A DNA stretch of 63,068 nt, counting the filler, from Octopus bimaculoides (lineage: Eukaryota), in assembly GCF_001194135.2 (NCBI RefSeq). It is 6 parts of 6 records of this genome, joined end to end, with 100 filler letters (N's around TTAATTAATTAA, not from the genome) between each part and the next. Parts side by side here need not be neighbours in the genome. Positions count along the whole stretch, not along the records: positions 1 to 30,013 come from NC_068991.1; positions 30,114 to 35,161 come from NC_068987.1; positions 35,262 to 43,572 come from NC_068994.1; 3 more parts are not named here. One strand, written 5' to 3'. Shown here piece after piece: positions 24,750-38,204 of this stretch. Numbering within the stretch: position 1 is the first letter of the stretch; every line of letters begins with the position of its first letter. The notes beneath the pieces were generated by a model, which worked only from the letters and a program-made list of their open reading frames with translations, made no database searches and was not told the DNA's origin. The position numbers and the translations under genes were made by a program.

Positions 24750-26930
24750 TAAGGTTAAGAAGGGTATTGGATTCAACCAAACCCAAAGATACAGGTAATA
24801 CCGAGCAAGTGCTGTATACCGGCTACTTTTGCCCCATTCGTTGTATAAACAACAAATAAAATACATCCATAACACCAGACTTAAACAATTTATATCCCAA
24901 ATCACATCCCAAAGACATACCATTAATCACAACCGCAACCAACCACCCACATTTTCCAACAGACCCCACAAACACACTTATAACACTAGAGCTAAATCTA
25001 AGATATATAAAGCAATTAGCTACACCAAAAATGTGGACAACTATTCTCCACCTAAATACTTAGATTACAACATGCACAGAGCCCCCCAAAAAAGCAGTGG
25101 CCGCTCTATACTTTAGTACACCCCCCCATTCTCACTTAACACTAGGAACTTAGCTAAATCTTTCTTCAAAATACTTGATTCTAACTTCCCCCGACAACAT
25201 AAATACCATTCTATATTCAACAGAACCACTTTGAAATTGTCGTATTCAACCACTCCTAACTTCGAATCTATTATAGCAACTTCTAATAAACATAAACTTT
25301 CACTCTATTACCAAAACTCACACAACCATAACTATGCTAATACTAGCACTCGGCGCATGCATATACCCAGCATAGACATTAATATACGTGCATCTAACAC
25401 TAACATTCGTACACTTAAACACGACCACAGTAGATCCCAGCCCACTAAAAGACTCGATACTAATANNNNNNNNNNNNNNNNNNNNNNNNNNNNNNNNNNN
25501 NNNNNNNNNNNNNNNNNNNNNNNNNNNNNNNNNNNNNNNNNNNNNNNNNNNNNNNNNNNNNNNNNNNNNNNNNNNNNNNNNNNNNNNNNNNNNNNNNNNN
25601 NNNNNNNNNNNNNNNNNNNNNNNNNNNNNNNNNNNNNNNNNNNNNNNNNNNNNNNNNNNNNNNNNNNNNNNNNNNNNNNNNNNNNNNNNNNNNNNNNNNN
25701 NNNNNNNNNNNNNNNNNNNNNNNNNNNNNNNNNNNNNNNNNNNNNNNNNNNNNNNNNNNNNNNNNNNNNNNNNNNNNNNNNNNNNNNNNNNNNNNNNNNN
25801 NNNNNNNNNNNNNNNNNNNNNNNNNNNNNNNNNNNNNNNNNNNNNNNNCATACCAGGGCCAGCGCTCTAATTGCAAGCTTTGCTTAAAGGAGGCGTTCCA
25901 TATTTTAAAATACAATTCTCCCACTCTACTTAATCGATATAACGAAGCACTTAGCACCTGCAATCACCGTTTTTTCCATACATTTAAATTCTATCACAGA
26001 CACAAATGCACAAATGACCACACAACATAATCACACAACTCCTTATAGGCAACCTATTCGACCTAGCAAAATGGTCCCCCTTCTACCATCTTTAGAATAG
26101 ATTTATTTCATTTTAGATCCTATCACTACTAAATATTATATTTTTTCCTAATTTACTTCCTTTATACTGCCACTAACACCACCACCACCTGCAGGCTCCG
26201 TTGATGACCACAATCAACTCTAGGTAGCAGCTGATCCCCCTTCGACCATCTTGAAATTAGGTTTAGCTCTATTTTTAGAACATATTACTACTAATTCTTT
26301 CTCTCCTATTTTCCTTTAATACTATTTTTAGAATGTCACCCACACCCTCACCACTTATAGCCTGACAACATACACATATAAATACCTCTCCACACTACCT
26401 CCTCGCATTCCTTCTTACTTACTAAACTTATCCCTCCACCCCCTCATTCTTCCTTTACTTCCTATACTTATTCTCTCTGTCCTGTCAGATTAACTGACCA
26501 TACAACCACTCACTACTATTCCTCACTTGAATTACTTCTTTCTCCCCTTTCCTTCCTGTCTTAAGACTTGACTTCTTTACCCTACACACAACTCTCACTT
26601 GATTTGGGCTATTCATTGAATAAACAACGCACAGTATACTCCGGACACGATATGACATATATCCACCTTTGCTACTACAATTATCTCCGGAAAATACCCA
26701 CAAGGATTATTTACATGGATGTTTACTACTGGAATGAAGCTACACTCCAAGTACTGTTTCTTTTTTCTTTTTTCAGCGCATCACTCTCACTTCCTATTAC
26801 AACTCTCTTCTTATAGATGTAATAATCCATTCCTCTACTATTTCTGTCTTCGATGAAGGGATACATTGGATTTTCCCTGAAACAGCTGTAAGACTTTATC
26901 CATAAAATATATTTCTAACTTTACCATTGT
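24750..26930 (+). mobile_element. Penelope-like element 3' part (GIY-YIG region, gap-interrupted) plus pLTR
   Basis: HPPFSLNTRNLAKSFFKILDSNFPRQHKYHSIFNRTTLKLSYSTTPNFESII, and after the gap YQGQRSNCKLCLKEAFHIL...LLNRYNEALSTCNHR. A hammerhead motif lies at 26846-26894. Confidence 0.9.
26846..26894 (+). ncRNA. Minimal type I hammerhead ribozyme (core variant) in Penelope pLTR
   Basis: gtct-TCGATGA-AGGGA[loop]TCCCT-GAAAC-AGCT-GTA-agac. Stems I, II and III all form; the core differs from CUGAUGA at C3 and U4. Confidence 0.65.
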
Positions 26931-27552
26931 TCTCTTTATCCTTTTCTCTCTTTATATATATATATATNNNNNNNNNNNNNNNNNNNNNNNNNNNNNNNNN
27001 NNNNNNNNNNNNNNNNNNNNNNNNNNNNNNNNNNNNNNNNNNNNNNNNNNNNNNNNNNNNNNNNNNNNNNNNNNNNNNNNNNNNNNNNNNNNNNNNNNNN
27101 NNNNNNNNNNNNNNNNNNNNNNNNNNNNNNNNNNNNNNNNNNNNNNNNNNNNNNNNNNNNNNNNNNNNNNNNNNNNNNNNNNNNNNNNNNNNNNNNNNNN
27201 NNNNNNNNTATAAAGTATGAAAGAATAAGTTAAGTAAATTAAATCAAATAAACTATTCAGAATATATTATAAGACATAACATGCATAAAATTAGATAGAT
27301 CAAGTTACATGCAAAATATAATTTAATACAGAAATTATAAAGGTGAAGGAATAAGTAAATTAAATCAAATAAGACAAAATACAATAAATACAATAAAATA
27401 AAAGAGTTAATTGTAAACATAACAAAGAATTAATATGCTATTTAAAGGATGTACTAATAATACATTACAGGGATAAATGCATGGTATAATCATATAAGGT
27501 AGGATGTGTGTGTGTGTGTGTGTGTGTGTGTCTGTGTGTGTGTGTGTGTGTG

Positions 27553-28779
27553 TACGTGATTGTACTTTATGCACGTCCACAAATTAGCACACATGTCGCT
27601 CCAATTTTAGGAGATTCATCATGACCCTATCTGCATTTTTGTCAACTTTTTCTCTCAGAGGTACCTGCGTATACCTATAAAAATCGATTTTCAACCATAA
27701 CTTTTACCAATTTTGAAGTTTGTTGACATGACGAAGTCAAACTGCGTATGTGCGTGAAGAAGAGGGGGAGTTACAGAGTGTTTGCTAGTGTCTAACAAAA
27801 AAAAGAAAAGAAAAAGTGGAAGAGGGAGACAAAGCGTCTAAGCAAAGAAAATGTTTGTAACCAAGATAAAGTTTGTTTGCCAGCGTCTAACACAAAAAAA
27901 AAGGAACAAAAAAGTGGAAGAGGGAAACAGAAAGCGTCTAACAAATCATTTATTTATTTTTAATTGTTCATCTTTCTCCCCCCTCTCACTCTCACACACA
28001 CGCACATATACTACTTTTGGAGCAAAAGAGTTTTGTTTATATTTCACAACAACAATATAACAAAGAGGTGTATGTAACAATTTGTCAGTGAATTACACAA
28101 TATAAATGGGTAAAATTTCCGAGGCTTCCACCCCACACCCCAAGCCCGTTATTCGGACAACAAAAAGGATTTGGTAATTTTTCAGATTAACACCCGCACA
28201 ATTTCCACTAGGGTGTTACAGTTAGGGTTTTAAGCTTAGGGTTAGGGTTTTACGGTTAGGATTAGGGTTAGTGTTAGGGTTNNNNNNNNNNNNNNNNNNN
28301 NNNNNNNNNNNNNNNNNNNNNNNNNNNNNNNNNNNNNNNNNNNNNNNNNNNNNNNNNNNNNNNNNNNNNNNNNNNNNNNNNNNNNNNNNNNNNNNNNNNN
28401 NNNNNNNNNNNNNNNNNNNNNNNNNNNNNNNNNNNNNNNNNNNNNNNNNNNNNNNNNNNNNNNNNNNNNNNNNNGTTGGTAAGTTTTCCTAAGTTACTCC
28501 AATCCAGATCCCCAATGCAAACCTTCAGATCAACCTTCTCCTATACAGATCTCTAATGCAACTTTAAAAAGAAAACAGTCAATGAGTGGAAATAACCAAT
28601 TAACTGATTCCTTATGGGATTTCCCAATCAAATTGCCAGCAAACCATCTTCAGCCAAACCAATTTCAATGGATTTCGCTCAAATCTGATGTCGATGTTAC
28701 TTATTTTGGTTTGAAATAAAGCACTTGATCACTTAATAATCCTAGCTTAATCCCGGGCAGCGCCGGGCTATACTGCTAG
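27553..28779 (+). mobile_element. Non-autonomous Helitron (3' end certain, 5' end not located)
   Basis: GC hairpin CCCGG-GCAGCG-CCGGG (28752-28767) followed 8 nt later by CTAG|T (28776-28780), the canonical Helitron 3' terminus. The left boundary is a guess and an N gap intervenes. Confidence 0.65.
28222..28281 (+). repeat. Degenerate (TTAGGG)n telomere-like tract running into a gap
   Basis: TTAGGG TTTTAAGC TTAGGG TTAGGG TTTTACGG TTAGGA TTAGGG TTAGTG TTAGGG TT. Confidence 0.85.
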
Positions 28780-29574
28780 TATACTATATTTTGTAAGAAA
28801 AATAAGAGGGAGAAATTTCATGGAATTAAAATATTATCAATACAGATTAAAATAAGAGATAAATAATAAGGAATTAAAGCAGGTTAAAACCAGGTTTATG
28901 GGAATTATTATTACATATTTATAAATATATGCGTTTTTCTGTCCCACCCACATGTAACAAGAAAACTTTTCACACACCCTATCCCAACAAACTTCTTTAC
29001 ATCTCTTTCATGTACTATGCTTACCTCTCATTCCCAGTTCCTGTCCTCACAGCCCTGTTCACAGCTATCTGGTAGCCCCCTCCTCACCTCCACCCTCTAT
29101 ATACCCAGGTTTTCACTACTTATTGCATTCCCTTTCCCCACTCTCTACTCACACTTCTTTAGCAATGTCCTGCTACTTATATTATGACCTTTGAACCTCA
29201 AAGGTATGCCCTGGAACTTGCCACCATCTCGGTCTCTTCTTGTAATCAACCATCCCGTCTATATTTTGATCATTATCCTTTGTGAGTGTGGCCAGCATTT
29301 TTTCACCATCCCTCTCCTTCTCCCTCTTGTACTCTTGCTGTCTCCCACTCTCTCTCTCTCTCTCGTTCTCCTGGTTGTCCCTTAGGCTGGGTAATCATGT
29401 ATCTCCTTTACAGTGGCACACCTGTTTCTGTTCACATTCCTGATCTCTCTCTCTCTGGTCGGGTAACCTTGTACCTCCTGTACAGCAAAACACCTGTTTC
29501 TGTCTCACTATGACCTTTCATCATCTGACACAAGATCACCTCCTCCAATGTTCCTTCCCCTCTAAAAGGATTTT

Positions 29575-30013
29575 TGTCTTGCAAGTTACTTGGTGACCCT
29601 GCTAGTGCTGATGCCACGTAAAAAGCATCCAGTCCACACTATAAAGTGGTTGGTATTTGGAAGGGCACCCCCGCCCTGTTTAAAACCTTGCCAAAACCAA
29701 CCTCACTTGTGCTTGTGCCACATAAAAAGCACTCAGTCCACTCTGCTGGGTGGTTGGTGTTAGGAAGGGCAGCCAGCCATAAAAACCCTGCCAAAACAGA
29801 CACAGAAGTCTGGTGCAGGCTCCTGCCTAGCCAGCTCCTGTCAAATTGTCCAATCTATACCAGCATGGAAAACAGACATTAAACAATGATGATCATATAT
29901 ATATATATATATATATATCATCATCATCATCATCATCGTTTAACGTCCGCTTTCCATGCTAGCATGGGTTGGACGATTCGACTGAGGACTGGTGAAACCG
30001 GATGGCAACACCA
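29575..30013. mobile_element. Two RTE-type 3' ends tail-to-tail (+ 29575-29893; - 29918-30013) around (AT)n
   Basis: GGAAGGGCAGCCAGCC...CCAGCATGGAAAACAGACATTAAACAATGATG, then the reverse-oriented CATCATCGTTTAACGTCCGCTTTCCATGC. Confidence 0.7.
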
Positions 30014-30113
30014 NNNNNNNNNNNNNNNNNNNNNNNNNNNNNNNNNNNNNNNNNNNNTTAATTAATTAANNNNNNNNNNNNNNNNNNNNNNNNNNNNNNN
30101 NNNNNNNNNNNNN

Positions 30114-30163
<50 letters not shown>

Positions 30164-30295
30164 GTCACTTACAGACGTAGGCATGGTTGTTTGGTAAGAA
30201 GTTTGCTTCTCAACCACATTTGTCTGGGTTCAGTCCCACAGCGAGGCACCTTGAGCAGGTGTCTTCTGCTATATCCTCTTGTGTATGTATATATG

Positions 30296-30334
<39 letters not shown>

Positions 30335-30509
30335 ATATATATACAATGTGACCACGGAAATAAATATTTGACAAAAATCCTCTAGGTAATTTTTGTCAAA
30401 TATCTCCCTGGTGAGATTGTTACCCATAAACATGAATTTTTATAAATTTATTATTGGGTCTCAATCGAAACAATTATAAGATTATAATATTTATCTTTAT
30501 ATATTGTGT

Positions 30510-30618
<109 letters not shown>

Positions 30619-30819
30619 AATATTATATTAATGTATTAAAATATGTCAATCGTAAATCTCCATTTTCTTTTCATTTTTCTATATTGAATTGTGAAAAAGT
30701 GTTTCTCTGCCATATTAAATATTAAACCGGCTAACCAGTGGAAAAATTGAATATTTTTATCCCTATAGGGGAGCATGTTCTCCTTGTATTGGATTTTTAT
30801 TTCATACACTCATACACAC

Positions 30820-30858
<39 letters not shown>

Positions 30859-31449
30859 TACACTCACACACACACCCTTATCAATATATTCTTTGAATGG
30901 GGTTAACAAATAATAGAATAACAGTTTGTAACATACAAGAAAAAGATTGGAAATTTGGTACGGAGAGCTTAGTTGATTTAAATCGACCAGTACTTGATTC
31001 GTGCATTATTCTATCGATTACAGAAAGATGAAATTCAGAGTTGACTTCAAGCGGAATTGAACTTAGAACGTAACGAGCCAGAACAAGACATTTGCCCGAT
31101 GCACCAACGGTTCTACTAATCCACTAGCCTCCATCTCTTCCTTCTCTTTCCCCTCATTATCATCATCATTAAACTTCCGCTTTCAATGCTAGCATGTGTT
31201 TAGTGGCTTGACAGGATCCGGTGGTCCTAAGGGTGGCACCGAGTTCCAGTGTCAGTTCCGGCATGGATACACTTCCAAATGCCAACCACATTACACCGGC
31301 ACAGGGAAAAAGGAGAAGGAAAAGAAGCTGCTGTTATCAAGTGGAGGAACAGTATTTGAGAGGAGGAGGTGGTCTTATGCCAAGTGTTGAAGGACTAAAG
31401 TATGATAGAAGGACAAGTACAGATGTCTTGCTATAGAAGAGATACATGG

Positions 31450-31660
31450 TTTCACATTTTGGCCAGAAATTTTAGGGGTCAGGGACAAATTGATTACATC
31501 ACCATCAGTGTTCAATTGATACTTATTCTATCGGCCCCGAAAAGGATAAAAGGCAAAATCGATCTGGGAGAATGTGAACTCAGAAAGTTAAGAACTGGGA
31601 GAAACGCGGCTAAGCCTTTTGTTCGATGCGCTAACAATTCTGCCAGTTCGCCGCCTCATA
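31450..31660 (-). mobile_element. OR2-like SINE
   Basis: ...AACAATTCTGCCAGTTCGCCGCC reverse-complement head; CCCCGAAAAGGATAAAAGGCAAAATCGA core. Confidence 0.8.
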
Positions 31661-31990
31661 CCTATCTTAAAATTAATAACAATATATAGATCTCTCAAAT
31701 AAACATCATCTTGACGCTAGCTGTCATGAATTCCCTTTGTCTTCTTCTCTCCTCTATTTGAAAAGACAAACCAGCGACAGACTGATATTCAAACCCACAA
31801 TCAGATTCTTCTCTTGACCATTCGTTACCATGGTGCTCTGTAATAAAGGACCATATGAATGCGAATGCCTATATGGAGTAAATTAATCTGCAAGAAATAA
31901 GAGCCCAGTCTCTCTCAAAGCACTCCTTACCGTCTTAAAACTATTAAAAAAGAAGAGTTCAATGGCCACGGTAGTAGGAGATACACTATA

Positions 31991-32519
31991 CAGGGTGTCA
32001 TTTGAAATGTGAATATCTGAGTAACTACATGTCCTAGGCAAATGAAATTAAATAGGCTTTCATGTTGGACAAAAAAAAATTAATCAAAATTCGAACACGT
32101 GATTCAGTGGGATGTAGGTTTTATAACCGATTTCACAAAGCTTCCCAAATGTTCAATATGTGCATCGTCTGTGACACGACACACGTCGAGTCGTTCGGTA
32201 GTCCAGTTACTGCCAAACACGTTGTAGCACGTCTTGCGTAACATTCTCCAGCACCTCAGGGATTCTCTGCGTGAGTTCCTCTTGTCTTGTAGGAAGAAGG
32301 AATATAGGACCAGTCCTTTCACGTCCCCTCATAGAAAAAAATTCACAAGGTGTCAAGTCAGGTGAACCTGGTGGCTATTTCAGCAGCACATTACTATTAT
32401 CACTGACGTGCCAGATTCAAACTTAGTCTTAACACATTTTATTAAAATTTGCGATCATTTGATCGAGAATTGGCTGTCATTAGACTCCGAAATGAGGTCA
32501 ATTTTTTAGGGACACTGTG
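31991..32519 (-). mobile_element. Mariner-type deletion derivative (transposase C-terminus)
   Basis: TA|CAGGGTGTC...GACACTGTG|TA ends. Minus strand gives *PPGSPDLTPCEFFL*G.VK and RLDVCRVTDDAHIEHL. Confidence 0.85.
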
Positions 32520-32764
32520 TATGAAAAAAAAAAAAAAAAGGATACGTTAACTGATAGAAAGATTCTGATTGTAAGTCATAAATGATAATACCATAAAGGG
32601 AGCATAATATCCTGGATGCAGCTGAACCAGTAAAATTCTCAGTTTTATTGACATCATTGATTAACTTTATTGAATTATGTATTTACTTTGAGGAAAACAT
32701 GATTGGTATGATTTCCAGTTATCTCACAGTTAAAGATCACAATTACGGAAGAAAAACAAAAGAA

Positions 32765-32796
<32 letters not shown>

Positions 32797-32801
32797 ACAC
32801 A

Positions 32802-32885
<84 letters not shown>
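32765..32885. repeat. (CA)n microsatellite
   Basis: Direct reading. This is one of many (CA)n/(TA)n/(TATG)n/(CT)n tracts, which dominate about 34850-37200, 39960-41470, 45220-45650, 48310-48960, 55760-55840, 59340-59620 and 62520-62690. Confidence 0.95.
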
Positions 32886-32887
<2 letters not shown>

Positions 32888-35125
32888 AAATCAGGAGGTA
32901 TGAGACGTGAATATAGACTTGTGTTAAGTTTAACGAAAGCTACTTTTTCAAAGAATGGAAGTTATCTGGAGCGAAATTCAATTGAACTGATTCCATCTTA
33001 GACGAGAACTAACTCGCGGAATTGAATCGCTACAAGTTTACTGTTTGATAAACAGAATATACCTTTATTTTAACATAGTATTTATATCTATTGAGTTTTC
33101 AAGATATAAGTACGGTAATTAGGGCCACAGTGGAAAAATGGATTGTGAACTACCAACCCTTTAAAAAACTAGTTTTGTATGTTGTCCACAAAGCTGGTTA
33201 CTATCTTGCAAATGAATTTTGTAGAAGAGAAATGTCATCTTATAGAAGCTGAAATATATATAAATACCAGAAAAGAAGTAATTGGTAATTCCATTTTAAA
33301 ATTTGACATTTTAAGTTTATCACAAAGTTGCAAAATTGAAATAGGAGATAGTTGGTTCAATCTTTTCTAACAGTTATGGGATCCCCAGGACAAGTTATCT
33401 CTGGGTGACCACGGATTCAAATAATGGAAGGACAAAGCTGAAAACGGAAAGGCATTTAATCTGGCATTACACAGTTTCTGGCACTTCCTCTCCTTGAAAT
33501 CTTAAATATTTAACAATGGCTAAACATTACAAGCAAACGATAACATTCGCCCATAATTGTTCATGGCCTACTACCCCACGGTGCCAATTTACAATCAGAT
33601 AACTCGTGCCAGCTAGAGTTAAGTATCTTGGTCATAGTACACAGTAAGACAAGTTCAGAAGATAGGTTACGAATCGGCGAGTTTTCTTCGGCCTGCAGTC
33701 TTTGTCCACTCATCCAGCTGCGAGTCCCTAGGATTAGTTGCGGGAGGGTTTCATTAAGCACATATATCCTATATTTAAGACAAACCCAGGTCATTAGGGC
33801 AATAAAAGCTCAACAACTGCAACAACAGTGACTAATTATCTCTGCCTGCCAATGATTACAATGGTAATGATGACGGTGATTATTTCAACACTTCAGTTCA
33901 TTTCACTGCTGGCCCTTACTGACAATTTCTCCACCTACGCAACNNNNNNNNNNNNNNNNNNNNNNNNNNNNNNNNNNNNNNNNNNNNNNNNNNNNNNNNN
34001 NNNNNNNNNNNNNNNNNNNNNNNNNNNNNNNNNNNNNNNNNNNNNNNNNNNNNNNNNNNNNNNNNNNNNNNNNNNNNNNNNNNNNNNNNNNNNNNNNNNN
34101 NNNNNNNNNNNNNNNNNNNNNNNNNNNNNNNNNNNNNNNNNNNNNNNNNNNNNNNNNNNNNNNNNNNNNNNNNNNNNNNNNNNNNNNNNNNNNNNNNNNN
34201 NNNNNNNNNNNNNNNNNNNNNNNNNNNNNNNNNNNNNNNNNNNNNNNNNNNNNNNNNNNNNNNNNNNNNNNNNNNNNNNNNNNNNNNNNNNNNNNNNNNN
34301 NNNNNNNNNNNNNNNNNNNNNNNNNNNNNNNNNNNNNNNNNNNNNNNNNNNNNNNNNNNNNNNNNNNNNNNNNNNNNNNNNNNNNNNNNNNNNNNNNNNN
34401 NNNNNNNNNNNNNNNNNNNNNNNNNNNNNNNNNNNNNNNNNNNNNNNNNNNNNNNNNNNNNNNNNNNNNNNNNNNNNNNNNNNNNNNNNNNNNNNNNNNN
34501 NNNNNNNNNNNNNNNNNNNNNNNNNNNNNNNNNNNNNNNNNNNNNNNNNNNNNNNNNNNNNNNNNNNNNNNNNNNNNNNNNNNNNNNNNNNNNNNNNNNN
34601 NNNNNNNNNNNNNNNNNNNNNNNNNNNNNNNNNNNNNNNNNNNNNNNNNNNNNNNNNNNNNNNNNNNNNNNNNNNNNNNNNNNNNNNNNNNNNNNNNNNN
34701 NNNNNNNNNNNNNNNNNNNNNNNNNNNNNNNNNNNNNNNNNNNNNNNNNNNNNNNNNNNNNNNNNNNNNNNNNNNNNNNNNNNNNNNNNNNNNNNNNNNN
34801 NNNNNNNNNNNNNNNNNNNNNNNNNNNNNNNNNNNNNNNNNNNNNNNTTGAGGGTGAGGAATACATACATACACACACACATACATGCATATATATATAT
34901 ATATACACATATATATATACAGGCATGTATATACATATTATCTACATATATGTGTGTATGGGTGTGTGTCTACATGCACATACACACACGCACACACACA
35001 CACACACATACGCACGCACACCATATTGCATATATACGCTTGTATGAACAAAGGGGGCAAAAATGTATGCCATACTGGCAATAGAGCATATTAATTCAGT
35101 ATATACATGTATATATATATTAATT

Positions 35126-35161
<36 letters not shown>

Positions 35162-35272
35162 NNNNNNNNNNNNNNNNNNNNNNNNNNNNNNNNNNNNNNN
35201 NNNNNTTAATTAATTAANNNNNNNNNNNNNNNNNNNNNNNNNNNNNNNNNNNNNNNNNNNNTATGTATATAT

Positions 35273-35305
<33 letters not shown>

Positions 35306-35566
35306 GAGATATAGATACACACATACACATGCATACATATCATCATTATCATTTAACATCTATCTTCCCTGCTGGCTTGAATTTGATGGTTCTGATCTAA
35401 CGAACCAGAGAACTCTGATATCTTGCATTGGACATGGTACTAGCAATAGTTATGTCACAGGCTAAATTGCAAGACAAGTCCCCTGCTTCAGCGGAGTGCA
35501 GGTATATTAAGTATGTAGTAGTATTAAGAGAGGTGTTTTTATGCCAGATGCTGAGAGGTTAAATTA

Positions 35567-35603
<37 letters not shown>

Positions 35604-35843
35604 CAGGTGGGAGTGATGAGGTGTTAGGGGTACCCTAGATGATGAGGTACAATGACGAGGTACAAGAAGGTAAGAATAAATGAGAATACAAACAGAGGAC
35701 AAAAATGGGGATGGGGTAAGTTCGAAAGAGTATGAAAGGAAAATGACAGATGGTTAGTGAGGTGGGGACAGATGTGAATGGTGAACATAGATGCATGGCT
35801 GATAGTGAATATCAGTATGCGGGAAAGGCTTATACATACACAG

Positions 35844-35889
<46 letters not shown>

Positions 35890-36293
35890 CCAAGGGAAAG
35901 GCAAAGAGGCTGATACAGCTTGGCAACCAGTGTAGAGAAAGCAATGAGATGGATTCAGAGATCTGCTGCAACTGGAATGCATGTTGGGATCTGATCAACC
36001 CCATCCAGGTCAATTGGGGTGAGGGGTCTGATGTTGTAAGATGTGAAACACACTGAGACACCCAAAACCATCACTGCGAATACATCCCACTAAATCTACC
36101 TATCTTATATATACATATATGTATATATACTTGTGTGTGTGTGTATATATATATGTGTGTGTGTATATGTATATATGTATGTATATATATATANNNNNNN
36201 NNNNNNNNNNNNNNNNNNNNNNNNNNNNNNNNNNNNNNNNNNNNNNNNNNNNNNNNNNNNNNNNNNNNNNNNNNNNNNNNNNNNNNNNNNNNN

Positions 36294-36326
<33 letters not shown>

Positions 36327-37317
36327 TACATATATACATATGTCTATATATGCAGGCACGTGCGCACTCACACACAAACACATATATGTATATATGATGG
36401 TGTTTGTGTCTGTTTTGTTCAAAATTCCAAAATTATGTTTATGTATACAAATTTAATATATTTAATATATCTGTCCATATTTACGTGTTTGTCTGTGCAT
36501 GTATGATATGGAGGTGTTTATGTGCACAGATGTATATATATATATATGTGTGTGCGTGTGTGTGAATACAAATGACAGTAAATACATTATAGCAACTGTA
36601 TATACAAAATTTAAATACATCAAAATGCCATTTAATGTATATGTGTGCATATATGCATGTATGTATCTATTTATATATGTATGTATGTATGTATGTATAT
36701 ATACATGCATCTATCTATCTATCTATGCACACATTTATATACATATATATGTACATATATACATCCATGTATGTATATATATATATATATATATACATAC
36801 ATACATACATACATATACATATGCACATATATACATACACACACACTTACACGTATATAAACATACTATATTCCCATACCTGCATTACACATATGCTTTG
36901 TGCATACACACACACATTATATACATACATGTGTGTATGCATGCACATGTGTGTGTATGTTTGTGTGTGCATGAATCTGTGTGTGTGTGTGTTTGTCTTT
37001 ACATGAACATGTCTGTGTATGCAGGCATATGTGTGTGTATGCGTAAGCTCTTATATAAAACATAAACCAAAGCAGTGTTTAAGTTATTCTTTTTTAATCT
37101 GCCTTCTCAATAGCATTGCTGTTGCTAAACTGACATATTTGTGCGCACTTTCCTTCTCTCTCTCTCTTTCTCTCTCTCTCACACACACACACATACAAAT
37201 GAAGGCATCCACCATCATACTGAAATACACAATCATACACCCATTAACACAGTCATTATATGCAAATGCAGCTAATTCCATTTAACGACAACATGAATAT
37301 TGATATTAGTACTCCAG

Positions 37318-37913
37318 ACGGTGGTGAGCTGGCAGAAGTGTTAGCACGCCGGGCAAAATGCTTAGCAGTATTTTGTCTGGCTTTACGTTCTGAGTTCAAA
37401 TTCCACCGAGGTCGACTTTGCTTTTCATCATTTTAGGGTCAATAACTTAAGTAGCATACTGGGGTTGATCTAATTGACTAGCTCCTCCCCCAAAATTTCG
37501 GGCCCTGTGCCTAGAGTAGAAAAGGATATTAGTACTTCAGAGTGTGGCGAGCTGGAAGAATTGTTAGCACAATAGGTGAAATGCTTAACGGTATTTCGTC
37601 TGCCCCTACGTTCTGAGTTCAAATTCAGCCGAGGTCGACTTTGCCTTTCATCTTTTCGGGGTTGATTAAATAAGTGTCAGTTATGCACTGGGTCGATGTA
37701 ATCGACTTAATCCCTTTGCCTGTCCTTGTTTGTCCCCTCTATGTTTAGCCCCCTGTGGGCAATAAAGAAATAGACATTAGTACTCCAGTAAGGTGGAGGG
37801 TTAGCAGAATAGTTAGCATAAAGAACAAAATGCTTAGTGGTAGTTTGTCTGTCTTTACACTCTGGCTTCCAATGCTCCTGAGGTCAACCTGGCCTTCCAT
37901 TCTTTCGCAGTCC
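37318..37913 (+). mobile_element. Three tandem OR2-like SINEs (37318-37524, 37541-37772, 37789-37913)
   Basis: Each starts with a G(G)TGG(T/C)GAGCTGG-like head. Copies 1 and 2 have different 3' tails, and the copies are separated by GA(T/C)ATTAGTACT(C/T)CAG. Confidence 0.88.
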
Positions 37914-38204
37914 ATAAGAGTACTTCAGTATGGGTAGCCACCCACTGGAAGCACTAAAGGAGTCATTGCTGGTATTTTTTGGTTATCTTTGGATCAAAGC
38001 CTGATCTGGCAGACCAATAATCATAGGCATTCCATCCTTGACGATCCTGAATTTCGCTTTCACATTATCTATTTAGGATAATATTATCTAATGTGGTCTT
38101 CCATACTCAAGACATCAGGTGCTGACTTGCAAAAACTTTTACTCCTATTTCTAGCATCTTAAACTCTCACATAGGGGTTTACTTATAGGGCGTAATAAGG
38201 GCTT

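Noticed and set aside
30058-30069. TTAATTAATTAA islands centred in N gaps (also about 35206, 43617, 52745, 57815)
   Set aside because: An identical 12-mer with stops in all frames, always flanked by N runs: an artificial scaffolding linker, not biology.
33828-35084. Long ORFs of 150-418 aa in the ORF track (also near 25.3k, 41.6k, 47.4k, 49.4k, 53.7k, 59.7k)
   Set aside because: They are made mostly of X from N gaps.
36499-37065. ORFs rich in Y/I/C/V/H/T (for example 188 aa here, and many between 35k and 63k)
   Set aside because: Translations of (TA)n, (CA)n and (TATG)n microsatellites.
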